Origin: Pelagomonas calceolata
Lineage: Eukaryota
DNA length: 64,000 nt
Assembly (NCBI GenBank): GCA_918797485.1
Contig: CAKKNE010000002.1
Span: 992,001 to 1,056,000, forward strand
Direction: 5' to 3'
Shown: positions 33,002 to 43,605 of the stretch, piece after piece
Layout: each line of letters begins with the position of its first letter
Position numbering within the stretch: the first letter of the stretch is position 1
The notes under the pieces: generated by a model
What the model saw: the letters and a program-made list of their open reading frames with translations, nothing else
Told to the model about the DNA's origin: nothing
Databases searched by the model: none
Program-made: the position numbers and the translations under genes

Positions 33002-35164
33002 ATGAGGAGCTTCCGGAGCAACCAGCGCGGCCGCGTCCAGCCCGCGGAGTACGCCGGCGAGGTGACCAAGCCCCAACAGCGCTACGGTTCAAGACATCGG
33101 CCGCGCTCCGCCGGCGCCTCGTCTCGACGGTACGGGAGCTCGAGGTGGCCGAAGCCGCAATACCCCCAGTACCACCAGTACGCGAACGTCCCGGCCGGGA
33201 GGCCGTCCTCCGCCCACTACCAACAACGACCTAGGACCGCCGGGAGTCGGCCCTCGTCTGGTAATACGGCTAACGTCGACGCCTGGTTACGAGCGCGCCA
33301 CGGCACGGCGACCTACGGCCAGCCCCCGCAGCGGGCCTACGGCCAGTCGTCGGGGTATGGCCAACGCCCTAGGAGCGCCTCGGCGGCGTCACGTGCTCAA
33401 CAGCCGAAGAAAGAGGAACGCCGCGAATACTACCCCTCCTCGGTCCCGCCGAAAGCCGGCGCGCCGAGACCGTCGTCGGCCTCTTCCTCAAGACACCAAG
33501 TGGCCAATAATGACACGGCCCACGCGTTGTTGCGGCAGCAGCAGTACCAGCAAGAGCGCCAGGAGTACGTCCCGCCGAGCCAACAGCAAACATCAAGGCC
33601 GTCGTCCGCGGCCTACGCTCTCGGCACGGACAAGGGCTACGTTGTTGAGAGGGAGGTCTCGGAGCAGATCAAGAAGCCCCAGCGGCCCCAGTCGGCGAGT
33701 GCCGCGCGAGCGCCACCCAAGCCCCAAACGCAGACGCCGGCTTTTGCTGGCAAAGCCAGTCGCCCACAGAGTGCGGGCGCGACGCGACGGCCGGCGCCGC
33801 CGACGGAGTGGAAGCAGCCGTCCGTGGACGACAAAAATGCAGTGTTCAAGTCGGGCACGCAACGGCCGCAGAGTGCCGGTGGTGGTGTCCGTCGACGAAA
33901 CAACAGCCAGGAGGAACAATACCAATGCGCTCCGGACCAGCGGGACTATCTGGCTCGATTGTTAGTGCAGTCGACGCAGTCCAGAAGAGGTTTACCCGAT
34001 TTCTATTCGTTTGGCAAGGTGATCGGTGTCGGTAGTTTCGGCACGGTCCGCATCGCCTGGCACAAGCTCACGGGCCGGAAAGTGGCCATCAAGACCTACG
34101 AGCGCTCCAAAATGAAGGACCCGCAGCAGTGGAAGCGGGTCCAGCAGGAAGCGAGGGTCATGGAGAAGCTTTCTGATAGCACGTTGATCTGTCGCTTTCT
34201 CGAAGCTTTTGAGACCGTGGCGCCTCGCAGAGCGCATTTAGTGATGGAGTTCCTGCCTGGAGGTAATCTCTGCAGCTACGTGAAGGCCAAAAGACGTATA
34301 AGCGAAGGCGAGCTCCAACCGCTCCTGGTCCAGTTAGCGACGGCTTTAGATCATATGCATTCATTAAATATAGTGCACCGAGACATTAAGTTGGAGAACA
34401 TCATCTTCCTCGACGAGCGCCATAAGGTCGTGAGAATTATTGATTTCGGGTTTAGTACAAGATGTGCCCCTGACAGAAGATTGAGGTTGTTCTGCGGGAC
34501 GCCGTCGTACATGGCGCCGGAAATTGTTCGGAGGACGGAGTATCGCGGCAAGCCCATCGATCTGTGGTCGTTTGGTGTGGTGGCCTATGCTTGCTTGGGC
34601 GGGCACTTCCCCTTTGCGGCGCGGAGTCAGCCGGATCTTTATAGAAAGATCCTGCGAGGTACGTACCGACTGCCGGAAGGGTGTTCTTCTGGAGCTGCTG
34701 CATTGCTCCAGCAGTGCCTCGTGGTGGACGTGGCGCGACGGATAACGGCCCCCGATTTAAGACGGCATCCCTTCGTGACCGCCGGTTTACAGAACGGGCA
34801 GATGGCCGGCGGGCATGTTGGTGCTCTCACTAGATCGAGAAATCCGGAGCACGACCTACGACGGGAAGCTTCGCAACGCATCGAGGCCCTCGGCGTGCCC
34901 AAGGACGCGCTGCGCGCGGCGGTCTGTCGGGGCGAACACACGCCCCTCACGAGTTGCTACTACCTGCTCATGGACTCGTTGGGCATCCGCGAGCGGCCGA
35001 ACGAGCCCGCCCCAGCCGAGGTGGAGGCGAAGGCGGCGCCGGCCGCCTACCCCCAGAAGGCGGGCAAGGAGAACGCCGCGCCCGACGTCCTGGTCATCGA
35101 TCATGATGCCGTGAAGAAACCAGTCGACGCCGAGGCGGACAAGCCCCCCGCGCTCGTGGTTTGA
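33002..35164 (+). CDS. Ser/Thr protein kinase, CAMK group (SNF1/MARK-like), with disordered RPxSA-repeat N-terminus
   Basis: GVGSFG, VAIK, HRDIKLEN, DFG, CGTPSYMAPE. Confidence 0.95.
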   Translation: MRSFRSNQRGRVQPAEYAGEVTKPQQRYGSRHRPRSAGASSRRYGSSRWPKPQYPQYHQYANVPAGRPSSAHYQQRPRTAGSRPSSGNTANVDAWLRARHGTATYGQPPQRAYGQSSGYGQRPRSASAASRAQQPKKEERREYYPSSVPPKAGAPRPSSASSSRHQVANNDTAHALLRQQQYQQERQEYVPPSQQQTSRPSSAAYALGTDKGYVVEREVSEQIKKPQRPQSASAARAPPKPQTQTPAFAGKASRPQSAGATRRPAPPTEWKQPSVDDKNAVFKSGTQRPQSAGGGVRRRNNSQEEQYQCAPDQRDYLARLLVQSTQSRRGLPDFYSFGKVIGVGSFGTVRIAWHKLTGRKVAIKTYERSKMKDPQQWKRVQQEARVMEKLSDSTLICRFLEAFETVAPRRAHLVMEFLPGGNLCSYVKAKRRISEGELQPLLVQLATALDHMHSLNIVHRDIKLENIIFLDERHKVVRIIDFGFSTRCAPDRRLRLFCGTPSYMAPEIVRRTEYRGKPIDLWSFGVVAYACLGGHFPFAARSQPDLYRKILRGTYRLPEGCSSGAAALLQQCLVVDVARRITAPDLRRHPFVTAGLQNGQMAGGHVGALTRSRNPEHDLRREASQRIEALGVPKDALRAAVCRGEHTPLTSCYYLLMDSLGIRERPNEPAPAEVEAKAAPAAYPQKAGKENAAPDVLVIDHDAVKKPVDAEADKPPALVV

Positions 35165-35338
35165 ATCCCCGCTTCGCTTCGGAAGAATAAGATTTCGTTT
35201 CGGAATACGAAGTACGTGCGTCGTTCCTCCGCGTCCGCGGCGCCGCGCCGCCGTCCCCGGCCCGCTGTTCTACCTGTGGACCCGCCGTCCAGGCGCTCAC
35301 GACCCAAACTGCACAAAGTCACCAACAACAATCTTACA

Positions 35339-36088
35339 CTACGACTCCTCCACAAAGGGCACCGGCTCGTCCCCGCCCGGCGCCAGCCGCCCACACGCGG
35401 CCCGCACGTACGCGTCGATCCGCTCGAACGGCGCGCGGTCGATCTCGATCGCGTCAATACGCCTCCTCAACACCTCGAGCGCGCCGTCGCGGCGGCGGCG
35501 TCGAGCGCAGCGCCCGACCGTCTCGTCGCAGAACTCGCCGAAGGCGTCGACGTCTTCGTCTAAGCTTCGAGCCGCCTCCAGGACAACTGATTCCTCGCCC
35601 TCTAAGCGCCGCGCCTCCGCCTGCACGACGTCGAGCTGGCGCCTTAACGACCGCGCCTCGCGGCGCGCCCGGTCCAGAGCGAGCGCGACGGCGTCCCGGT
35701 CCGTCGTATCAATCGAGGCCGGCGGATCCGGCAGCGACGCCTCGCCGACGGCGCGCGCGTATTTAAGCGCTCGTGCCCGCGCGTCCGCCGCCCGCCCGTC
35801 GACGGCCGCCGCGGCACGTGCGCAACACCGCGCGCAGACGGGATCACTTTCGTCGGCCGCGCCTCGCCTATGCTCCCTCAAACACCTCTGGATCGCCTCG
35901 GCGGCCGTCTCCGGTGCTCCTCCTCCTCCCGTCTCGGCGAAGGGGTCGCTGCCGCCCAGCGCGTCCAGTACCACGACGAACTGGTCGTCGACGACCTCCG
36001 GTAATGAAGTTGGGGGCCGCGGCGGCGGGAGCGGCTCGTTTGATAGCGGGGCTTTACAATTTGAACATGTGTGGCCCGCTGCGGCCAT
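35339..36088 (-). CDS. Short coiled-coil protein resembling the N-terminal half of Beclin-1/Atg6
   Basis: CSNC..PL, DQFVVV, DPVCARC followed by coiled coil; ATG at 36088. Confidence 0.45.
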   Translation of the reverse strand: MAAAGHTCSNCKAPLSNEPLPPPRPPTSLPEVVDDQFVVVLDALGGSDPFAETGGGGAPETAAEAIQRCLREHRRGAADESDPVCARCCARAAAAVDGRAADARARALKYARAVGEASLPDPPASIDTTDRDAVALALDRARREARSLRRQLDVVQAEARRLEGEESVVLEAARSLDEDVDAFGEFCDETVGRCARRRRRDGALEVLRRRIDAIEIDRAPFERIDAYVRAACGRLAPGGDEPVPFVEES

Positions 36089-36284
36089 CTCTTTTTGAGG
36101 TATGCGCCGCGCCGGCGGCTGCGAGAAGCAGAGCACAAATTCGGCTGTGGCCTGAGGGCCGTGAAGGCGTGCTCTATGCCAAGCTGGTGATCGCACTGAT
36201 GGAAGACGGCTTTTGATCCGTACAACACACCCGAATGACTGTGCCTGGCGCGATTCACGGCCGCGAAGCACTTTTTGGCTGTTT

Positions 36285-36308
36285 GCTAGTGTGTTACATG
36301 CCGCTAGC
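36285..36308 (+). promoter_or_regulatory. CTAG-N14-CTAG upstream element
   Basis: GCTAGTGTGTTACATGCCGCTAGC, divergent gap. Confidence 0.75.
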
Positions 36309-36503
36309 TAATCTCGGAGGGGGCTTGTGACCACGGCGTTTTACGCGCGCGCTAGACCCTGAAAGACAAAGCAAGCCAGCGGCGCAGCGCCTCAAGGATC
36401 AGAAGTCGCCGCCTGCGCATTTTAGGGTCCCCGCGTCAGCCAACCGCTGCGTTTTGCCCGGAGAGCCCAGCGAGTCACAGCCGGAAAAAGACGCGCACGC
36501 GCC

Positions 36504-37283
36504 ATGTCATCGCTCAAGGACAAGGTGGCTTCCATCACGAAGGCCTTCGGCCTGCCGGACAAGGGCTCGCTGCGGCAGAATGTCGACGAACTGTGCAAGG
36601 CGACCGACGTCACGTTCACGACCATGAAAGACACCGTCGACGCGCTCACGTGCGTCTGCGAGTTCGCGAATGAGGTCGTGCCGAAGCTCTGTGAAGACGC
36701 GGGGGTCGACGCGACGGGCAAGCTCGGCGACGACGTGGCGACGTTGAAGACTGAGATCGGCGTCGAGGCGGCCAAGTTTCCCCTGGCGCTCAAGGAGCTC
36801 GCGGAATCCATGGGCATCGACGTCAAGCCGGACAAGTTACAGAAGCTCATGCAGCTGCCGTGCTGCAAGGAGGCGGCGACGAAGAAACCCGCCGAGAAGC
36901 AAATCGACGCGCCGTGCGTCTGCGCCAAGGGCGTCGAGGAGTGCCGGAATTGCAAGGCGAAGGAGCATCCGTGCGTCTGCAAATCTCTATTGCTCGAGGC
37001 CATCGATCAGCCCGTCGCGCTCTGCAAAGCGACGAAACACGCGTGCCTATGCACGAGCCGTTTCGACGGAAAGTACTCGGCGAATCCCGGACACGGAGCA
37101 AAGTTGACCATGAACAGCGATTTTAGCACTCCCGGATATGGTACTTACTGTAATTTGCCGTGGAACTTATCGTCCGAGGGCGCGCCGCACCTCTGCCGCC
37201 AGCACAACGACGACGACGTCATCGAGATCGACGACGAGGAGGAGGACGTCAAGCCCGCGAAGAAGAAGTCGCGACGCAAGTAG
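36504..37283 (+). CDS. Hypothetical Cys-rich protein
   Basis: 259 aa ORF with native codon bias; PCVC/H-x-C-x-C repeats; basic NLS-like C-terminus. Confidence 0.7.
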   Translation: MSSLKDKVASITKAFGLPDKGSLRQNVDELCKATDVTFTTMKDTVDALTCVCEFANEVVPKLCEDAGVDATGKLGDDVATLKTEIGVEAAKFPLALKELAESMGIDVKPDKLQKLMQLPCCKEAATKKPAEKQIDAPCVCAKGVEECRNCKAKEHPCVCKSLLLEAIDQPVALCKATKHACLCTSRFDGKYSANPGHGAKLTMNSDFSTPGYGTYCNLPWNLSSEGAPHLCRQHNDDDVIEIDDEEEDVKPAKKKSRRK

Positions 37284-37372
37284 ATGCGGTTACCACGTCC
37301 GGATGTGGCGGAGGCGTCGCAGCGAGGCGGCGCCCACACGATTTTGACGAGTAAATACACAGTACACAATCA

Positions 37373-39058
37373 TTACTCAGGGACAAACGTCGTGTGGACG
37401 TTCCAGGGCCACAGCCCTCCGACGGTCGCCGTCCAGACCGGTCCGTCGCAGAAGCGCGCCGCGTCGAAGACGAGGAGCTCCGTCGCGTCGCGGGCCGTGT
37501 CCGTCACGAGCGAAAGCACCCAGCCCTCGCCGTCGTCGGCGTCCGAGCGGGGCACGTAGTACGGCTCACTGACGACGCTGTCGTCGTTCGTCTGCCAGAC
37601 CTCCTCTTTGTTAGCTATCAAGTCATACTTCGCGAGGGCGTTGAACGGGAACCAGCCGTCGGGCCGGACGCCGGCGGTGCCGAAGACCGCGCGGTTCGGC
37701 AGGCCGTCCCTTAACGGATGGAACGTCGGCATGTCCAGTTTCAGATCGGACAGCCGCGTCATCTCCAGGAGCTCGCCCGTGGCCGCGTCGGCGACGATTC
37801 GCCGGAGTGTGGGCCCGCCGTTCGAGCGGCTCCAGGGGATGGGATCAAAAGCTTGGGACCGCACGTCGAAGCCCATCGCATTTCCGAGGCTGCCGTACCG
37901 CTCAAACAACAAAACGTGCGCTATTAACTTGCCGTCTTCGAGCCAACAGGGCCCCATGTGAAAGACGCACGCGAAGGCGCCGAGGTCCACTTTGATGGTT
38001 GCGCCGCCCGTGCGGCTTACCAATTTCAGCGCGCCGTGCTGCGTCGCGTCAAACGCAAAGAGGTCCGTCGCCGGCGCGCGGCCCAGCTGCGCGGGATCGG
38101 GCGGTGAGTGGCGAGTCGCCGCGACACAGATTGAAGGCCTCATAGGACGCCGGACACGGACCGCGAAGTCGGGGATATTGTCGAGGTCGAACGCTATAGG
38201 AGATATAGGTAGCACGTAGTGCTCGTCCGTGATCGCGTAGTCGTGGACCACGAAGCTCCTATCAATATCCTCGACCTTCTTCACTTCGTTTCCGTGTTCG
38301 TCGAACTCCCAGAAGGTCGTGGTCGTCGTGTCGCCGAAGGCGTCGAACGCCGCCGCGGCCGCGATCAGGCGGTTCCGCCTCGCGTCGCGGCGCGTGTGCG
38401 CCAGCGGGTTCGCGCCCGCGAGCGCGCCGCCCATCGTTTCTACGCCCAGGGTCTCGAGGGTCGTCGCGTCGAGGCCGTACCAGGGCGCGTTGTCCGTGCC
38501 CGCGAACAAACGGCCGGCCCAGCTGCGCACCGCGAGCTGCGCGACGCTCCGCGTCGACGGCGACGCCGCGTTCAGGAGGTGGTCCGGGAACTTGTCGAAG
38601 TCCGCGACGTTCGACATGGCGCCTCGAACGAGCGGTCGCCGGAGCCGCGACTCCAGCTGCTGGCAGGGCGTCTCGACGAATCTCGTCGTCAGCGTCGCGC
38701 CGCCCTTTCCATCAAAAGTGAACGCCTTGACGAAGCCGTGCGCCTCGAACGGGTGGACGAGCCGGTCTCCCACCCGGCACGACGCGAGGCCGTTGACGTA
38801 CCACGTGCCTTTCAGGCCCGCGGGCGCGGCGCCGTCGCCGAAGGGCCGCGTGTCGGGCGCGAGCTCCGGCGCCGCGACCGCGACCTCGGCCCAGACGCGT
38901 TTCGCCTTGGCGTTTGCCGCGTCGAGGTCGACCGCTGCGGCCTTGTTGTTCGCCGCATCGATGTCGACAGATGCGGCGCGCCGCGCCATGCCACGCGCGG
39001 CATGGGTGCGGCAGCGCAGCGCTTGGGCGTGCACTAACAAGAATAGCGCGCAACGCAT
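37373..39058 (-). CDS. Carotenoid oxygenase (CCD/RPE65 family), plastid-targeted; probable in-frame intron 38161-38087
   Basis: LKGTWYVNG, HPFEAHG, LAHT, VHDYAITD, VFH, SEPYYVPR...EGWVL, VHTTF: four iron-binding His. Confidence 0.9.
   Translation of the reverse strand: MRCALFLLVHAQALRCRTHAARGMARRAASVDIDAANNKAAAVDLDAANAKAKRVWAEVAVAAPELAPDTRPFGDGAAPAGLKGTWYVNGLASCRVGDRLVHPFEAHGFVKAFTFDGKGGATLTTRFVETPCQQLESRLRRPLVRGAMSNVADFDKFPDHLLNAASPSTRSVAQLAVRSWAGRLFAGTDNAPWYGLDATTLETLGVETMGGALAGANPLAHTRRDARRNRLIAAAAAFDAFGDTTTTTFWEFDEHGNEVKKVEDIDRSFVVHDYAITDEHYVLPISPIAFDLDNIPDFAVRVRRPMRPSICVAATRHSPPDPAQLGRAPATDLFAFDATQHGALKLVSRTGGATIKVDLGAFACVFHMGPCWLEDGKLIAHVLLFERYGSLGNAMGFDVRSQAFDPIPWSRSNGGPTLRRIVADAATGELLEMTRLSDLKLDMPTFHPLRDGLPNRAVFGTAGVRPDGWFPFNALAKYDLIANKEEVWQTNDDSVVSEPYYVPRSDADDGEGWVLSLVTDTARDATELLVFDAARFCDGPVWTATVGGLWPWNVHTTFVPE
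38087..38161 (-). other. Probable 75-nt in-frame intron
   Basis: GTCCGT...CGCGCAG; encodes an atypical 25-aa insert; removal gives IPDFA|LGRAPA. Confidence 0.65.
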
Positions 39059-39179
39059 CGAATCGATGGATTGCGCACGTGCAGGGGATGAGAACGCGTG
39101 CGTGCGGTGTCTACAGAACCGCGTCTTTCGCTGCTTCCAGCTAGGATGGCCTCTCCCTCTCTTTTTGTGAATAATCGTT

Positions 39180-39203
39180 GCTAGCGGCCTGTAAGACACT
39201 AGC
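39180..39203 (-). promoter_or_regulatory. CTAG-N14-CTAG upstream element (consensus)
   Basis: + strand GCTAGCGGCCTGTAAGACACTAGC, divergent gap. Confidence 0.8.
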
Positions 39204-39315
39204 CTAAGTTGCACTGCAAAGAGAGCATTCTAGGTTTTGTGACGACAGGTTGGCTCCGCGCTAGACGCGTTCACATTAGCGCCCTCTTTCAAAGTAACAA
39301 TTCAACAAGCTCACA

Positions 39316-39721
39316 ATGACGTACGACACGATTCCCGGCGTCGTGATCTCTGAACCACCTCGCATACTATCGCAAGAACACACTCAAGTACCAGCCCCGC
39401 GTCGTCGTCGCCTTGTGCGTTGGTGTATTTATCGGCGCGCTGGGGACGGCCGCGTTGTTTTCAGTCGTGCCGGGGACCGGAAAGGTGGAACCCTCGGCGG
39501 TCGCCCGGCCCGCGACGGTCACCGTGACGGCCAGCCCGGGTGGCACCGCCGACCTCGCCGCGGCGGACGACGACGAGGACGACGACTTCGACTACGACGA
39601 CGACAAGGTAAAGTACAGGTGCGACGAGAAATGTCACATGAAATTGTTGCGAGCCTCTGAGTGTGTGCAGGAGACCGACGACGACGACGGCGACTGGAAA
39701 AAATGTTTCGGCCTGAATTGA
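39316..39721 (+). CDS. Small single-TM protein, apparently frameshifted near 39358 (or split by a short intron)
   Basis: MTYDTIPGVVISEP in one frame continues as LAYYRKNTLKYQPRVVVALCVG... in the +1 frame. Confidence 0.5.
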
Positions 39722-39805
39722 CCATCAGACGACGTAAGGCCGGTGGCTGGCTTCTCGACCAACCCTCCCCGTCCCCCAATGTTCATAAATACAAACCTAC
39801 AACAA

Positions 39806-41898
39806 TTAATCACGCGGCAAAACCCCTTCCACATCAGACACATCCCCAACCCCACGTGCACGCCTTTGCAGCTCGAACCACAAAGCCGCCGACACGCGGA
39901 CGTCGTGGTCGTCGTCGGCGCGCCGCGAGGCCTCCCGGCTCTCCCGCGCCGCGGCGCCCGCACGCACGCCGAAACGCTCGAGGAGCCGCTCCACGTCGAA
40001 TCCCCGCGTTGTCATGGCCGGGTCCACGACCAGTAGAAATAGGCTCCGGTCCATCGTATGATAGTCGTCGGAGTCGATAGCGAGGTCACCGCCCGCTAAT
40101 CCGCCCGCCAGGACCTCGACGAGCAACGCCAAGAGCGCCCCTTTGATGCCTCCCGCCGGTAGCTGGGCGCCGCCGTCCAACGCCGCTGCGGCGTCGCGCG
40201 TAGGCTTTCCGTCCGCGTCGATCGCGACGCCCCGCGGCAATTTTGCACCCGCGGCCGCCGCGACCTCGATCGCCGCCCTAGAGGACGCGGCGAGCGCCAG
40301 ATCGACGACCACAGGCGGAGCATCTCTCCGAGGACACGCCCACGCGATGGGGTTCGTGCCGAGGCACGGCTCGGCGCTGCCCTCCACGGCGAGGTAGGCG
40401 GGCGTGTTGCACGCCAGCACCGCGACGAGTCCGCGCTCCGCCAGCCGCTCGACCCACGGCGCGAGTCGTCCGGAGACGCTCCTCGTGTTCGAAATTATAC
40501 CAACGGCCGCTCCGTGCGTTTCGGCCGCCGCCGCCGCCGCGTCGACCGCGTCCCTCAATGGGCCAAATGCCAGACCTCCACCTCCATCAACCTGTGCACA
40601 AATCACCAGTGAGTCAGGTGCCCTCGCGTCGATGGCGTGGAGGTCAGATATGCGTCGCGACATTTGATTTATGCACTGCCGTCAACTCGGACGACGACAC
40701 TTTTCTGGTCCATGAGGACTCGTACGTCGGGGGTCGCCGCAATGTCCCCTCGTCCCAAAGCATCGCAGACCTCCGCGATTCGTCGAAGCCCGTGCGCCGC
40801 GCGGCCGTCAACCTCAGCGGCAACGAACGCGTCCGCGGCCGCCGAGGCTTGGGGTCGCGACGACCCGCTCCGCTCGAGCGCGGCGGTCGCGACGGCGCGC
40901 GCCGCCGATGCCGTCACCGAGACCGTCACGTCGGCTTCAGCACCGCCGCCGCGCGGTAGCGCCGTGGTTCGCCACATGCGCCGCTTCGACGCGGACTCGG
41001 GTACGCCTGTCGCGGCATGCATCGTCCGCAGGTTGTTCCACACGACATAGTCTCCAGGCTCCCAAGCGTGCGCGTGGACGTATTCCGGTCGTGTGCACCA
41101 AGCGGCGAGGGCGTCGACGAGCTCAGATCCAGCAATCTCCTTGCCGGTCTCGTCGACGACATACGAGATGGCGTGCGGCGCCAGGTACAACGCACCGTCG
41201 TCCACGAGATGGTAGAGCGCCGGCTCGACGAGCGCCTCCTTCCTGGTTGCCGACAGCGTCTTCGTCGTCCCTCCAGCAAATCTCCGGAAGGAGGCGCTGA
41301 GCTGCTCGTAGGAGTGCGCGGCCCGTAGCTTCGCGAGTCGGGACCGGATGCGTGCGGGCAGGTCCTCGCAGGCGGCCACCGTCGAGCAGAACACCGTCTG
41401 GCCGACGCCGCCGCCCGGCGTTTCTAAGCAGTACATGGCCGACGCCAGCGGCCGCGGCGAGCGGAAGCTCTGGTCCGTGTGCCAGGAGGGCTTGCCCGTC
41501 TCCGCATCATATTGCCAATTCGTGTCGTCGGCCCGGCCTTGAAACACGCCCGACGAGGGCACCGTGGCGAACTCGTGCACGCGGCCCGCGTCGTCCACGA
41601 GGGTCTCGTAGCTACCGTCTGCGGGTGCCGCCTCGACGTCGCCGAAGACACTCGACAGAGTGATGAGCTCGTCGCAACTCAAGCCGCGCAAGCCTCTCAG
41701 CAGTAGGAGACCTCTCGACGCGGCGAAGGCGTCGCGCAGGGTTTTGTGCGCCTTCTCGGTGCGCAAGTCGTCTCGTGTAATTCCGCGCACCTCTAGTCCA
41801 AAGCTCGGGCTGAGGGGGTGCAGCTCGATGGCGTGCACTGCTGCGAATAGCTCGATGGTGAGTCCTGCGACGAGCAGCAGTCCGCATGACCCCCGCAT
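39806..41898 (-). CDS. Signal peptide + TauD/TfdA dioxygenase + Ldh_2 (type-2 malate/lactate dehydrogenase family) fusion; exons 41898-40687 and 40591-39806 (665 aa)
   Basis: WHTDQSF, HAWEPGDYVVWNNLRTMH, RRMWR; then GRAAHG, VDGGGG, GTNPIAW, GGIKG..LALLVEVL. Confidence 0.85.
40592..40686 (-). mobile_element. Introner-like intron (95 nt) with TIR and 8-nt TSD
   Basis: GTTGACGG-CAGTGCATAAATCA...TGATTTGTGCACAG|GTTGATGG. Confidence 0.85.
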
Positions 41899-42075
41899 TG
41901 CCGTCTCCAGTGCGTTTGCTTGTGTGAGCTCTCCGTGCTGTGTTGAGTCAATATTGGGTCAGCAGACCGCACCGATCGCGGAGCGCTACCAAATGCTTGA
42001 AGAAAATTTCTCGCAACAGGTCTTTGCAATCAGCACGACGGAAAGCCGCGAACAAGCGTTTTTTGCTGCGCGAGG

Positions 42076-42097
42076 GCTAGCGGTGTAAGACACTAGC
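42076..42097 (-). promoter_or_regulatory. Upstream element with 2-nt deletion
   Basis: + strand GCTAGCGGTGTAAGACACTAGC, divergent gap. Confidence 0.75.
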
Positions 42098-42258
42098 AAG
42101 AAGCAGCCCATCGCAACGCCAGCGCCTGGACGCCATCCCAGGCGCCACAAGGCAGCCCGCAGGCACCCCACGCCTCGTGCGGACGCCCGACGTCGCCTAC
42201 GACCGGCCGGACGCCCGCAAGACCGGACCCAGGGCTGCCCCAAACGCCGCCAAGCAAG

Positions 42259-43605
42259 ATGGGCACAAAAGATGTGCTACCCAAGCACATCGTCGACGCG
42301 CACATGTACGACGCGATCTACGCGTCCATGGAGCACTCGCTGCAGGAAGCGCAGATACGGGAGGCCAAGTACCAGAAGGGCGAAGTGATACGAAAGAAGG
42401 AAGAAAGGTTGCGGGGCATGGTGAAGCTGCCCGTCGGCGAGTTCTACGCGAATACGCGCTTCGACCATGGGAGGGGCGGCGCCGAGGGCGTCATGCGGAG
42501 ACGCGTGGCCGATTTTCATGACGACGAACATGTTTGTTCCGCCAAGGTATGTTGCAACGGCGCGCCGGCAATAATTAGATGCATGTCCTGCGCGAAATTG
42601 GATCCGAGACGTAGGGGCCACTACTGCCAGGCGTGTTTTGACAGGAGGCACCCGCCCCATAGGGCCAAGCATGCCTGGATGCCGATTGAGAAGTCGGAGC
42701 ATCTGGGGCGGCAGTTGCAGCATCGGAACAAAGTGGCCGAGATCGAGGTGTTTGGGGATGACGTGGAGCGACTGCGACGTAAAGTGAAGGAGCAAACTGA
42801 AGATTGTGGGGAGATCGGTGATCCGAAACGGACGGTCCATTTGATACGAGACGCGGACGCGAAGTCGCAGGCCGTGAAGGTTCGAGTTGCGCGGTTGCGG
42901 CGAGCGTTGAGAGCACCAGCCTTGCGACCGGCCTCGGAGAGCGCGGTCGTCACGAAAGGACTATTGGCTCTATACAAGTCGAAGCAGGCCATGGGAGAAC
43001 CGCGCTCCGTGTCCGAGCGGGAGGAGACGCAATTGATGTTACCGCCGTTGACACCCGAAGCACCAAAGCAGAGGGACCGCGGTTTTAGTCAACTGGCCAT
43101 GTGGGAGGTGCTGCCGGAGCATGCGGCCGCGTCGCTCTTCGCGAATGCCTTTAGGAAGAAGAAGGCCCGGGAACGGATGTACGAGGCGGTCCAGAAGCGC
43201 TACATGAAGGTGTATGATGCCAATACTGGTTATTTCTATTTTGTGGATACGCAGACGCGCGTCGTCGCGTGGGAACCGCCAGCTGTCATGTGGAAGGACG
43301 AGCGCTTCAAACTTTCGAGTAGAAGGCACGGCGACCCGGTCATGACGAAGCGCCAGGCCATGGCCCGGGCGGCCTCTAAGATTCTGACTCCCCGAAGCTG
43401 GGGGAAGAAGTACGCGCCGCGGTCGAACCTGGACGCGATGGCCGAGGGCGACGAGGAGGAGGAAAGTACAGATGAGGAGGAGGAGGAGAAGTGGACGCGC
43501 ATCCCGGAAGACCACGAGGTGTTTGATCCCACGGGCGAGTACGAAGTGACGCGGGGGCGCGTGACGAACGAGGGGCCGGGCCACGGGCCGCCGCGGCGCG
43601 TCTAA
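42259..43605 (+). CDS. B-box zinc finger + coiled coil + WW domain protein
   Basis: CMSC..YCQACF...H....HAW; YDANTGYFYFVDTQTRVVAWEPP. Confidence 0.75.
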   Translation: MGTKDVLPKHIVDAHMYDAIYASMEHSLQEAQIREAKYQKGEVIRKKEERLRGMVKLPVGEFYANTRFDHGRGGAEGVMRRRVADFHDDEHVCSAKVCCNGAPAIIRCMSCAKLDPRRRGHYCQACFDRRHPPHRAKHAWMPIEKSEHLGRQLQHRNKVAEIEVFGDDVERLRRKVKEQTEDCGEIGDPKRTVHLIRDADAKSQAVKVRVARLRRALRAPALRPASESAVVTKGLLALYKSKQAMGEPRSVSEREETQLMLPPLTPEAPKQRDRGFSQLAMWEVLPEHAAASLFANAFRKKKARERMYEAVQKRYMKVYDANTGYFYFVDTQTRVVAWEPPAVMWKDERFKLSSRRHGDPVMTKRQAMARAASKILTPRSWGKKYAPRSNLDAMAEGDEEEESTDEEEEEKWTRIPEDHEVFDPTGEYEVTRGRVTNEGPGHGPPRRV

